Positions 23,975 to 36,351 of a DNA stretch of 64,000 bases are shown in pieces. This DNA is from Rhodosorus marinus CCMP1338. Taxonomy: Eukaryota > Plantae > Rhodophyta. A model generated the notes under the pieces. It was given only the letters and a program-made list of their open reading frames with translations, had not been told where the DNA came from and did not search any database. The position numbers and the translations under genes are program-made. Every line of letters starts with the position of its first letter. Within the stretch, counting starts at the first letter, position 1. Where the stretch lies: the NCBI GenBank assembly GCA_029953675.1, contig JAMWBK010000009.1, positions 1,178,001 to 1,242,000 of the forward strand. The letters are read 5' to 3'.

Positions 23975-25416
23975 AGGATTTTTCTGTCCTAGACGATCCC
24001 TCTCATGGGTCAAAATCTCACCATTAGATAAGACAAATCTGTGAACATCTCCTAGACAGACCCGCAGAATACAAAGGGACTCCAAACACGCTCAGGAACT
24101 CCACCACTCCTTCCAACAAATCCGTTCAAAAAACAATCACCCAAACAACACTCGATCACTCCCCCAATCCAACCCCCCCCCCCGTCCTGGTCACCAAATT
24201 CCCATATCACCACCAGATCCAGATTTTTCAAAAATGGCTTCTGTCTTTCCTCTCCTCAAAAAACTTTAAAACCCTCCCTCCTTCACCCCACCCCCCTCCT
24301 TCCCCCTTCAAAAAAAATAAATCAGAACAAGGTTCACATATCACGTACAGATACCTCTAATCAGTCAGCCTTCCGAGGAAATCTAAACCTGAAACCAGCT
24401 GAAACACGCACCCAACATCTCTCATCATCATCTTATCCTTCTCCTTCCCTCCTTTAAAAAACAAATCAGCTGAATCCCAAACCATCTCCTCACAATTCAT
24501 CATCTTCTCCTCCTTCCCTTCACTCTCATCAGATTTCCCTCGTTTTTTTGTTTTTGGTTCAAAACAACAACAACATTGTTTTTGTGTGCAAAAACCCTGA
24601 AAAATAAAAACCCATCTCCTGCGTCCTTCATCGCGAAAACCCAGATTTTTTGATCGAAATGGGGGTGCGGGAATTCCAATGCTTAACTGTCACTAAGAAT
24701 TCAATCTATAATATAGACTGAATAATCAATAATATAAATTTAATTAATTAGTATCCAGTCATTATTGATCTTAAGGATTGAGGTTAGCAGATGACCCTAA
24801 GAGTGGTTTATCGGAGTAGTCGCCATTTTCGATCGAGCATTCTTTTCTGGGATATTTTATTGGATTTTTAAAGAATTTCTGATAGTATTGGGAACGTTGT
24901 GGGTTCGAATCTGAGTGCGCGGCGGGTTTTGGTTGTTGGATTGTGTTTTTGGATGAAGAGAACTTGTTTGGGTGTGGCTGGATGGGAGGTCCTTAGCAAT
25001 AGCATGGTTACTCGTTCTTGGTTTCCTGGCTGATTGTCTCCGGATATGATTGTGAAACGAGCTTGAACATGTAACGTTCCGTTATCGTCCTGGCCCTCTC
25101 GCCACTCTGTTTTTCTTTTTGGGATTGTCTTTTGTGGCAAGTGGGAGACCGCTGGACATGTTTGGATTACGTCTTCTGCTGCTACTCCTATTTTTTGTGT
25201 TATGGATTTTCACAATATGAAGCAATAATGTCCAAGCCCATGACCAGCACTTCTCACGCGAACCCGCGCGCTCCGTCGCAGTTGAGTTGAAGCTTCGTTC
25301 AAGATGCCTCTCGCCGTGGGATCAGCGCGTTTTCGCTGCCTGAACACAAAATATTTCTCTTTTCGCATGCCCCAGGCAAATTTTAAAAAGTTGTCCAAGG
25401 CCTTCATAATTGCTCC

Positions 25417-27619
25417 ATGATCTTGAGAACCGTTTCCAGCTCTGGCTCGCGGGGAAGCCGCACTCAGATTGGAAAGGATGAGATATGGTATGCTCTTGTA
25501 CAGCTTGCAAGGGCGAAGCTGCAACTTGCGGATGAGCGAATTGGTCCTTGGATGCACAGTGAAGCGTTTTTTCAAACTATCACCTTCTGGAGAACAGTTC
25601 TTTCGGTATGATGACGTATGGATATGCTCAAGAGCGCCCATGAGGTAGTTCTAAAGCAGGTTTTCGAAAGCCCACTGGGTTTTGCAAATGGCTACGGAGC
25701 GGGCGCTACATTCTCTCACGTTACTAGAGACGGCACTAAATAGGTTTATTCTACGTTCGATGACCGAGTACTACAGTGGTAAGCTGCCGGACTCGATTTC
25801 CGCTGGAAAACGAATGAGCCTGAATGAGTGTGTTGGAGTCGTGGAAACGAATTGGGTCCTGGTTTTTGAACCCTCACCTCTTGGCAAAGAAGAGGACACG
25901 GCTAAGAGTGTACTTGTCCGCTTGAAGAAAATGGCAGAGAGCGTCACCTCTAGTAGGGACAGCGTGAGACCCACTACCTTGAAACGAATTGTTTCGAACG
26001 TGAAGTACGTGATGACCTTGATCAATGCTCCAGAGCTGAAAGCGGTAGAGCTTCTTGAAAACGGGCAAGCTTCGGGATCCGGTCAAGGTACTAGAGCAGT
26101 TCATTCTTCAGACTGGTCGTCTTTGGTGGAGGATCACCCTTTAGAGCGAGCTTCCGGGTTGGCTACTCGGCTCGTGACAAGCTCGTTGCTTCAGGCTTAT
26201 CTGAAGCTTATCTTCCTCCCTCTTCCTTCTTCGCCACCGAGAACAGCTTTGAAACACAAGAATTCTGTCAGTACTACTCCGAAGGGTCCAATCGCTTCGC
26301 CTCCAAGCGTATCTCCCGGTGCTCGTCCGAGCCCTCAAACAGCACAAAGGAAGATTGTAGCAGCGAGAAGATCCTCTCGCAAGCGTCCAACGACAATTAA
26401 GCAGGGAGCGGCTCCAGTTGAGTTAGAGGCAATTCCTCTCACATGACAACTCGCGTGGAGCAAGCAACATCTGATCTTGAACTCATCCGTTTGGGTAGGC
26501 AATTGACTCGATGGTGACGGACCGAGATTTGGATCCGAAAATAGATCAAGCTAAGAGGGACAGCGGAATTACTGAGCCTGGGAGATTCACAAGAGAGGTT
26601 GACCTTATGGAGCATAGCGGCCAAGTACATACCAAACATGCTCCGGTAAGTGATGTGCCAATGGACCAGTTCCAGCTGGAATCGATGCGCATGGGCCTAT
26701 CCGATAAGACCGATATGGAAGGTGTTCAGCGATCGTTGCGGTTCAATGCCGATAGACTGCCGACGATTGCAGACGAAGTGAATGAAACCTCTTTGCTCTT
26801 CGTAGTCGACGGGCCAAACATTGCGCATAGGTGCAGCTTTGCATCAATTGTTTATATCTGCGTAGCTGTATTTGAGGTTGAATCTAACCGACCAATGTGA
26901 TACGACGTGCAGGCATGGGTTTGGAAACTTCTCGCCGAAAGGGATGCTTTGTGCATATACGTATTTCACGAGGCACGGGTTTAACTGCGTTGTCGTTGTC
27001 CCTGATGGGCAACTACGCCTACAGGTATTGCGTCAATACTTGCTATGCCTCTCTACAATCGCTGACTTTGTTATCTCCTTTGATATGATATTCTTTGCGC
27101 AGATGATGAACGAGAGCGATTCATCTATGGAGGCAGATTCAAACGAAGTAGTTCTTGCTCTGCGTACGCTTGTTCTGAAGGGAAACCTGGTGCTTACTCC
27201 TCGGGAGGACTACGATGACTCTTACATAGTGAATTATGGAATGTCAAAAGGAGCCATTGTCGTTAGCAATGATCGGTAGGTCATTCATCGTTCATGTCCT
27301 CGAAACGAATTGGTTTCAGGGTACTCGAGGAAGAACACTATGCCTGTTTCCATAGCGATTGACACCGCTGCTTTTTCGACCATTGTTTTGCTGCCCGACT
27401 AGATACCGAGACCATCTAAGCCAGGCAGAGGCGCGAGGGAAGAAATTTCTGGACTTACTAACAAAGTATCTGAAGGCGTGCCGTCTATCGTTTGCTTTTC
27501 GCGGGGACGAGTTTATTCCTTCTCCGGATTTCGATCTTGCTGCCGGAAAGGTCGTCTGCAAGCATGTGGCGGAGAAGTATAGAGAAGCTGTCGGGGGAAC
27601 GGGCTTCACCTACTTCTAG
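25417..27619 (+). CDS. Protein with C-terminal Zc3h12a/N4BP1-type NYN (PIN-like) ribonuclease domain
   Basis: Multi-exon, 5' end uncertain. VVDGPNIAH, YFTRHG, LVLTPREDYDDSYI, IVVSNDRYRD and LSFAFRGDEFIPSPD match the Regnase-type NYN with all four acidic residues. Confidence 0.8.
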
Positions 27620-28445
27620 CAAAACCGCCAAGTGCCAAGTCCAGTTAATGTGGTATGCTCTCACACTGGACTTGTGGAGAAAAATCTATTTATTTCGTGA
27701 AATACCACGCTGCACGTTTTTCGGATAGACACAGCGATCTGTGATGGACTTCTGAGCGACTTCTGAGCAGCGGCTTGCTCAAATGCCGAACGACTTTAAT
27801 GTTTTTCTGCCCGAGGGGGATCGTTCGCACAAAGCCTACCTGCCAGCAGTTGGTTGCCATGAAGGACGAAACAACGTCTGCACAAACTCCCACAACTATT
27901 TCGCCTTTGGAGCTGCTGGAACTTTCAAAGCCATCCTCCCAGTGGCTAGGGATTGAGTACATCCAGCCACTACTACTACACCACGCGAGGGGCAATCCCG
28001 CTCTGGACTTCTGGATTTCGTACTTTCACAGTTCTGCAAAGCAACACAAAACGGCAAAAAAGCAGGTTTTCTTCGAATCCTAATTTTGATCTTTATATGC
28101 GCCAAGAAACCTCTAAGACCAAAAAAGTACAATGCTCTGACACAGCATGTAGTACACCTTTTTGTATAGTTTTTTACCGAGTTTTGCGTTCGCGCTCGTC
28201 CCCAATCACAGAAACATAGGAGAATGGTTAGGCGGGCGGCATGGGACATGCCCCCAATAGCCCCAAACCAAGAATCGTCTAGTTTTCAACGGTTCCAATG
28301 CCCCATCGGCCTCATTGTCAAGCCATATGGCCGATTCCAGCCCGCTCGTACAGATTCTGATGCCCTAGTGTTTCCCGCAATGCTTGATAATGCTTGATGT
28401 TGGGGTTTGGTTAGTAACAAAAGGAGGTGGGTGTTGGAATTCTAG

Positions 28446-28521
28446 CTCTGGCATTGAATAGTGATCGTTTCCGGGTGTGACAGTCTGTCAGACCGGAAAC
28501 GATCACTATTCAATGCCAGAG
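28446..28521. repeat. 76-nt near-perfect palindrome (29-bp perfect arms plus an internally paired loop)
   Basis: CTCTGGCATTGAATAGTGATCGTTTCCGG at 28446-28474 is the exact reverse complement of 28493-28521. The loop contains TGACAG-T-CTGTCA. Confidence 0.95.
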
Positions 28522-28960
28522 GGGTTGCGTTAGTCTGGGGTAGCAGCCAAATAAAGGCTACGGGGTTACAACAGTGAGAAGCTCGTCTGCCGAGGCCTTG
28601 TGGAAAGCTGCTGCTTCTAAGGAAGCAGCTCGATGTTCATAATGAATTTCAGTTCAATAATTCATTTTAAATGGGACATTCAATTTATTTTCATTATACG
28701 AATGAGCTCTTCATATTGTATTATGGCTGTGTTAAACACAGGAATGCGGCAACTTTTTCATGAATACATAAAATAAAGTTTCACTTGTCATCAAACCCTG
28801 TTTGGCACTTTTGGCGTAAAATCAGGAGTAATCCGTGTAGTTGTTGTGATTATGGTATTGCGGCATGCAACATTGCCCCTTGACCCACCTTGGGGATGGG
28901 GTTCTCTGCCATATAGAAAGGCCTTGTTCTTTGGAGTGGAAAAAAAAATGGGAGGGCTTT

Positions 28961-30545
28961 GTCTTCTCCAGGCATTCGTGCTTCGGCTCTAGCTCATCGC
29001 CTGGTCCTCTGGTCATTGAGTACTTTGGGTTTTTGGATTCCGTTGGTTCTCGTTGGCTTCGGGAATTCCGCGAACACCCTGTCACCGTCTCTCCTCGTTG
29101 TTTTCCCGTTCAAGTTTCTTGCTGTGGGGTATGAACGCTGCTTTGATGTTGGAGGCGCGCGATCTTCGCCGCGCATAGTCGTTTTTTCCCCCTCGGGGTT
29201 CCTTCTTTCAGTCTCTGATTAAACAAAATCATCCATTCTTTGGTAGCATAGGGCGACCAGAGCTGTGTATCGGACGACAATCAATTGGCAGCAACTCACT
29301 CAACATCACCAAACAAGAGGACAGGCTGTCCTAAAGTGTGTTATTTGTTTGTTTTTCATAAGTTTTCACCTCGCTTTCACACAACCGTCAATAAGAGCGT
29401 TTGTTCAGAGCCTACCTACCCTGAGGAGCGTATAAAGGGAGCCGGTAGTGCGGCGTGTCGAACAACAAAAGCAGCGTTAGAGCGCCAGCATGTCAAAGAA
29501 AACTCCATGAGGAGATTTTCCAAGACTGCTTGAGGGGCGTTTCGAAGGTAGGTACGAATCAGCAGCCAACACTTCAGCATAATGCTGCCTCTTATCCTGG
29601 TCCGGTTTCCCGGGTGGAATTCCTGTATGCCGCGACTACACACCTTCACGATGGAGAAGAACATCCATATAGCGTGAGAGCACAGTTGAACAGGATTCTG
29701 TGGCAACGCAGCGCTCAACTTGTCATGCATACGATCGAGAAAGATCGCAATGATCTCCCGGTATTTCCTTTAGATAGACTAGCTTTTAGGTGAGATCCCA
29801 GGACTGGGGTTTTGGGCATGTTTAGAGCCCCTTGAGTGTGTTTTCGTTGCGCTGCGAGAGGTAGCCGCCGAATAAAGGCTATGGAGCATTTCGGAAAACA
29901 CGACGGAAGCCAGGGAGAAGCAACAGTATCTAAATAGACCAAACCGCTCGAAAATGAGCAGTACAATCCCCTTAGACAGTGCCGAGTCCCGAAAGTTTCG
30001 ACGACTCATCGCCTCAGCGTACTGAGACGCCACTACTGTCGTGCGGCTATCCGCTACACTTCAAGGTATTAAGACAAAGAGCCTGAAATATCTTTTCCCT
30101 GAACCCAACATATTGTTCACCTCCGCCCGCCCTCAACAGTTGTGAGTACCAAACGTTGGAGACTCAATTGTAAGAGGCAAACTTTCGAGGGGTCCGAAGA
30201 GGGTCAGAGACCAGAGCAGGCCATGCAAAAGTGAGCGTTGATATGTAGGGAACACAGTGTGCTAGGACTTGTCCCATAGCGAATGTGCCAAACCAAGTAA
30301 GAGGGGTAGGGTAGCCTGGTGAGCACACAACCGCGAGATGAGCCTTGACGGAATCTACTGCCACTGGCAGCCAGAAAATGTAGCTTAAGGGAATGACGAT
30401 TCAATGATAGCCATTGGACAAACGCCCATCGACTGTGTTTTTGTCTACGATGGGTTTTTAAGTATTTGGAGGAGAATCGTCCAAGAGGAGTGGCGTCCGG
30501 AGGGGTGGCGTCCAGAGGGGTGGCCTTTACTTTCGTCTGGAGTAG
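28961..30545. pseudogene. Degenerate repeat or decayed coding remnant of unknown family, copy 1
   Basis: Fragmented frames shared with 36519-38610 and 35765-35975, with stops and indels (for example the + frame SLDGIYCHWQPENVA*GNDDSMIAIGQT). Coding strand unresolved. Confidence 0.4.
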
Positions 30546-32127
30546 ACTTATCATTCACCTGGTATATGACCTTCCAACTAGGTAGGGCGTAAAGTCAATA
30601 CCGGCCTAAGTTGTAGATAAATTTTTTTTGGCCGATTCTATCCTAAAATTTGTTGAATTTTGGTGTAGAAGCGCAACCCATGTATAGAGCGCATGCGGGA
30701 AACGTACAGGTGCCTAGCTGGGTCTAAACCGCGTCCTTTTGCTTAATCCTTCAAACGTCAATCTTACAAACACTAGATTCGGCTGCAACGGGTCAACTTG
30801 TTTACCCGTTTCCTCTTGCCTTTATTAACTGTTTTAGCAAGTGTGTGTAAGCGAAGCGAATCCGAAGCGCTGAAGACACTGCTGGAGACCTGAGAAACCA
30901 TACCTCCATGAAAGTATATGGAGGCAAGACGGCGTGCCCATGTGTGCGATCTGCGTGCATATTGGAGGAGGACTGCGATGCAATCAAACTGAAGCACAAT
31001 TCCAAGATTTCATAAACCACCATTCGAAACTAGAGTCTAGGCGGGTGACTAGGACCCACCAAACGAGTGTGCCTACCTTCCTTCCTCTAGCAGGTCCCGA
31101 AGGGGAAATGACGAATCACCGGGTCCGACCCCTACTGCTAGTAATGGCGAACACTGCGGGGTACGGAACTAACTACGAATTTTCAGTCCGTCAATTGCGG
31201 GCAAGTCTAAAACTACCCATTGAATCACGCTTGAAAATATAACGTGCGGGTAGTAAAACGGAATGAGAATTGTAATCTCGCAAGGAGAGAATTGAGGAAT
31301 GAGAATTATAATGGTGTGCCGAGCGTGCTCTTGTGTACAGTCAGGAGTGCCACCTTTTCAGGATAGTTGGAACCTGATTTAGCGCAATAAGTGTGGTAGG
31401 CAGCGTGCAGTGAGGGAATTGTCCCTAATTTGTCCTTTAATGGGGTTGTCATTTCCGTCTGATAAAAGTTAATATGACCTATCCTCACGAATAATTCGAT
31501 CATTTGAATTCTGGCTCCAGTCCGATATGCGTTTATCGGACCGGAATAGAAAAGAAAAACACTTGTTTTCGTCCGATATTATTCAATCAACGAACATTGA
31601 TTGAAATTCAATCGTCTTCCTCGGTGAAGATTGGGAAAGAGTTGTTCGTCACAATTTGCCGCATAATCATTTTGCCCTTCCTGTTTGCGCGCTCAGAAAA
31701 ACCATTAGAGTGTGTATGGCAGTCATCATCGCCTGTTTATTCAGAGCAAGAGAAGCGAGAAACAAGACGCTGATGATGCCCGTCCAACAATAAAGCAGCA
31801 CTTGAACACCAGAGACTCAAAAACAACTCCGTGAGGAGGCGGTCAAGACGCGAGGGTCGCGCCTCGAAAGAGAGCCACGAAGCCCCTATCGTCGCATATC
31901 AGTCAGTGGAACTCGGGAGGAAATCACTAAGTCAATTGGTCGGCGTAAAAGCTTGTCATATCGAGAAGTAATCATGATTCAATTTCTGTCCTGAAGATGA
32001 TTGATTATTAGACTAGCGTTGCTTGAGTATTGGACATTTTATCGGAACAGAAATCAGACTGGTCTCGTCGAGTAACTAGAACGGTTAACGTACGAAAGTA
32101 ATTTCGTTTTTCAATATCACGTCCAAA

Positions 32128-32157
32128 ACAAAATATCGGACGCGTCCGATATTTTGT
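32128..32157. repeat. Perfect 30-bp palindrome within a TCCGATA/TATCGGA motif cluster
   Basis: ACAAAATATCGGACGCGTCCGATATTTTGT is its own reverse complement. Confidence 0.9.
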
Positions 32158-32836
32158 CCGATAACTGATATCGGACGGTCTATGACAACTCTCCTTCAAG
32201 CAGCAAACATGACCGCAAGCAGAAGATCGAGATAAAAATTCTCTCAAAACAAAAAACTGCACATGTCGATGTCGAGGTCCTCCACTTCTGAATTCCAACT
32301 ATTCTTTGATAGATGAGGGGGGGGGGCGGGGGGGCCTGATGGTATACCTCCACTCTGTTGTAGATCTAGATATAAGAAATCTAATTCACGTATAGATAAG
32401 TATTGATATTTTCTTTTATTATTGGGAGCAACCTGTGTATTGTAAGAATTTGTACAATATTATTGTTTTAAAATAATCAGTTATATCACAGCTGTCCCAT
32501 GTTTTTAGGTGAGCAATGGTTCTAATTAAGAAGAATTGGCGTGATTAAGAATATTAAGCAGTTCGAGACTAAATCTCATGGAGCCTGATTCCATGGGATG
32601 TGGTGAAAGGGGAGTGCGTTGAGGAAAGGATTTTCGTTCGGAGGTGAAGGGCAGGACCATTCGGAACTCAGCTTCATGAACAGGTCGGAAGCTTTGGCTA
32701 TTCCTCTGAGAATATTAGAACGAAGAAATATGTTTTTGCTAGCATTCGGCATGCAGGTAGGCGTCGCGATTAAGGTCTGTGCCCATGCGTCTAAGAATTG
32801 GTTGGTTCAGGAGCCGGAATTCCATGTTTTTGAGCG

Positions 32837-34951
32837 ATGGAAAAGACGAAGAGCTTCACCATCGACGAGGCGATCGATGGAATCGGGTTTGGAAAGTTCC
32901 ACTGGATGCTGATGTTTCTCGTGGGGATTTCTTGGATTGGCGTCGGGATGCAAATGATGCTCTTGTCTTTTCTAGGTCCATTTGTGAGATGTTTATGGAC
33001 TCTTTTGCCGGCCCAAGTGAGTTCCTTCAGCTGAAGTTCAGTGATGAGTTTGCCTCTCAGTATTTTTCAAACGGAGCACCACCGCTGACCCATTGCTCCA
33101 GAACATACTGCTGGCGGCTCTTCTCGAGCATCGCCTGTCAGCAAGAGTAAACACTGACCAAGCGTTGGTCGGTCGTTTGTTTTCCTTTTTAGGTGTCGAT
33201 TCTAATCGCAGTAGAAAGCTTGGGGATTATGTGCGGAAACATACTCTGGGGTTGTGTTGGTGACCGATTCGGCAGGAAGAAAGCGGTCCTTTTCTGCACC
33301 ACGATTATTGCGCTTTTTGGTGTTGTCTCTGCGTTCACGCAGAACATCTCACAGCTCTGTGCAATGAGATTTTTTGTCGGAATTGGTTCTGGAGGAGTAA
33401 GTTTGGACTACGCCAAGGTTCAACATCGTCTGACAGCTAATAGCTTTCCCCTCCTGGAAATTTGTTTGCATTTGCACATCAGATTCATGTAGCCTTTCTG
33501 CTTTTCGTTGAGTTCGTTCCCTCTGAAAGACGAGGATTTTGGAGCACCGTTATACAGGGTTGGTGGATCATCGGAACCTTAGCCCAAGCTGTCATAGCCA
33601 TGCTCGTACTACCAACCCTTGGATGTCGTGCTTTTGTACTGGTCTCTGCGGTTCCCATTGTCGTCTTTGTGTGCCTAGGCTTTCTTTTGGTAGAAAGCCC
33701 TAGGTTCTTGCTCTCTGCAGGTAAGGCTGGGAATTTTTATGATCGATATCAGGGTCAGACGCCTCGGGATGTTGGCACTCATGTTACTGAAATCTAAAAA
33801 AAGCACTGTCCACAGGACAACTCGAGAAAGCATTTGACATTCTTGAGTATGTGTCAGAGATGAATGGGAAGAAGCTGCCTCCAGGGGAGCTGGCTGACAT
33901 GTGCCATGCTGACCCAGACGAACCGGCCGAAGAAGTCAAGGGGGAGAGTTGTGAAAACGATAAAGAGGAGGGCTCCGAAGACCTTGAGTGTATCGAACTT
34001 GAAGTAATCGAGGCTGACTTGAAGCAACCTAGCGAACGCAACAGCAAGAGCTTCCTGAACACTTTCCAGCAACTGCTTTTGGGCAAATACGCTATGATAA
34101 CGGGAATCCTTCTCATCCTATGGATAGTTTGTGCGCTGTTGTACTACGGCATCGTGCTCCTCACGACAACGCTCCTGGTATGTCAAAAGTTGATCGGGCG
34201 CTAGCATGCGTGAAACTAAACGGGCATCTTCCTCACTCTCCTCCATCAGCTCGACATTAATGGCTGTGATGCAGAGAATCCTCTCACGATGGGCGACTAC
34301 CTTCTAGTTTTGGCAACTACTGGCGCTGAGATTCCTGGGCTTCTGCTCGGGATGGTTCTTCTGGACCGCATCGGCGCAAAACCTTTGTTGGCATTATTAT
34401 TGCTGATGGGTGCGATCCCGTGCTTCCTGCTGTTCATACCGCAGCAAACCGTCAGAGTCTGCGTGCTTTTTCTAGCTCGGACAACAGTCGGCGGTGCTTT
34501 CCACGTCTTGTATACGTATACGCCTGAGGTGAGCGCGACCAGCTTTTATCTTGAAAGCTAGTGGTTTGGTGGCAGCCTCTCACATTGGTCTTCTTGACTT
34601 CTTTCCTTTGAAACAGTGCTACGGTACTTCGATACGTACTACAGCGTTCGGGTTCTGCACTGCCATTGCCAGGATAGGTGCGATGATAGCACCCTTCGTC
34701 GCAAATGTACCTCCTCACTATGGGAAGAGTTGGGTTTCGTTCACCATCCTAGGCGTCGCAGCTATCGTGGGCGGTCTCAGTTGCTTCTTCTTGCCGGTAT
34801 GTGAAAGTACTTGGAAGAGGTCGTCCACGGGGATTTTCGCTTGTGCTTCTTTAAACGTATTCACAATATTAACGTCGTAGTCGTGTTTACCTAATCGTCG
34901 CAGGTTGAAACAACTGGACGGGACCTTTCGAATCTTGACAACGACCACTGA
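32837..34951 (+). CDS. MFS transporter, SVOP/plant OCT7-like, paralogue 1
   Basis: Seven exons join in frame. FTIDEAIDGIGFGKFHW, MQMMLLSFLGP, WGCVGDRFGRKK, EFVPSERRG, ESPRFL, DRIGAK, YTYTPE-CYGTSIRTTAFG, VETTGRDL. Confidence 0.9.
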
Positions 34952-34991
34952 GGTTTGTGCATAGATCAACATTGGTTAACCAAACACCAGT

Positions 34992-35388
34992 GTTGGGAAC
35001 ACTCAAGAATGCTCGCTGTTCTGCGCAGGGTAAGCATGGGGTCATCGATTGGCTTGGAGGCTCTGCTCAGTATCGTCCTCTGAGCCTGTACATAGAAAAT
35101 TGGTGAATGAACACAATCCATTAGATGCACAGCACTATTAAAAAATGCGAATTAGTAAACTGGATCACTGGAGGAATACAATCCACCTAGAGTGTACTCT
35201 TTTTTCGAGCCTACTTACCAAAGAAAACCGGAACCCTGTCATAAATAGATAACTGTGCAAGCTCTAAGATTGGGTCCCGTCAGCGCTTGTCCCCCTCCCT
35301 TAGCAACCAGTAACGCTATTGGTGCTGCCTCGTAAAGAGCTTGATCGCTCCTAGTGGGTCACTCATATCCTGTGGATGCATATATGTG
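34992..35388 (-). pseudogene. 5'-truncated, frameshifted 3' fragment of the FBPase-like gene
   Basis: Aligns to 42840-43257, with a 1-nt deletion in the AIKLLYE segment (ATCAAGCTCTTTACG vs ATCAAGTTGCTTTACG), further small deletions, and loss of the acidic tail and stop. Confidence 0.85.
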
Positions 35389-36351
35389 TAGGGTTGGTGC
35401 CATCAGTAGGTAATTGGAATTTACTACCGGTATTACCAGTAAATGTGCGAAAACGACCCCAATTTCGAGGGCTCTTGGTAATTAGCGCTAATATCGGTAA
35501 TGGTCGGTAATTCTTTTCAAAATCGACTCTAACGATCTCAGAAGCGTGGAAAATGAACAAAATATAAAACACTGGGAATTACTGTCAACTACTGAACCCC
35601 CAAAATGGTAACCAAAAATCAACTTTTTCTTACCACCCCAAACAGTGCAGAAACTCCACCCGTTTTGTTTTGCTTAGAACTTGGAAAGCGTTTTTGACGT
35701 GTGTGTGTAATCGGCGGCAATCTACCCTGAAGCCGTACTCATTTTGTGGGCTTGGTTAGTCTGGTTCTAGAGACGTACGGAAGGCTTGGTAAGGCGGGGG
35801 GGTGGAATTTCCTTCAGGCAGCGACTACACACCTTCACGATCGAGAAGAACATCTATACAGCGTGAGAGCGCAGTCAAACAGGATTCTATGAGATCTCTG
35901 GACAGGGGTTTTGGATATGTTTAGAGCGCGTTGAGTAAGGTTTTCGTTGCGGGGCGGTAGGTAGCTGCCGGATAAAGGCTATTACAACTAAACTCCAGGA
36001 GTATTGATTGATCGTAGGTGATTCCTGCTATATTGACTGATTGTCTCCCAATCCTTAGCGAGCAATGGGGTTTCTACCCTCAATTCAAGGGGTTTGCTCG
36101 CGTCAGACTCGCGATTCCCCGACAGCAGTGCTGAATTCAACTGCCGTTTATTGCCGTCATAATCTCCGCTTTTGTTTATATATGAAACAATTCCCCCGTT
36201 ATTCCTAATCGGTGTCTTATCTGCTTAATTTCCAGGATTCCAGCTCGTATGCTTAGTGTCTATTTTTAGGTTTATTAGCTTCCTTCAGGTTTATTACCCT
36301 GTAATTGATGTGAATTACCAGTGCGGTATTTCTTACTGAAGGACAACGCTA
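35389..36351. mobile_element. Possible decayed non-autonomous DNA transposon (hAT/MITE-like) at the duplication junction
   Basis: Ends TAGGGTTG and CAACGCTA (7/8 inverted match), GGTAAT motifs clustered left and ATTACC right, flanks ATATGTG and ATATGTT. Contains an internally deleted piece of the degenerate repeat at 35765-35975. Confidence 0.3.

Larger units (their letters stand above)
28961..35388. repeat. Tandem segmental duplication, unit 1 (degenerate repeat, MFS gene, FBPase-like 3' fragment)
   Basis: Colinear similarity to 36519-43257: 28961-30545 vs 36519-38610, 31027-31500 vs 38696-39425, 32350-35388 vs 40060-43257. Confidence 0.92.

Noticed and set aside
24890-24920. GGGTTCGAATC resembling a tRNA B-box/T-loop
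   Set aside because: No acceptor stem, D arm or cloverleaf around it.
25210-25641. 143-aa minus-strand ORF
   Set aside because: Overlaps the probable + strand exon of the NYN gene; no motif.
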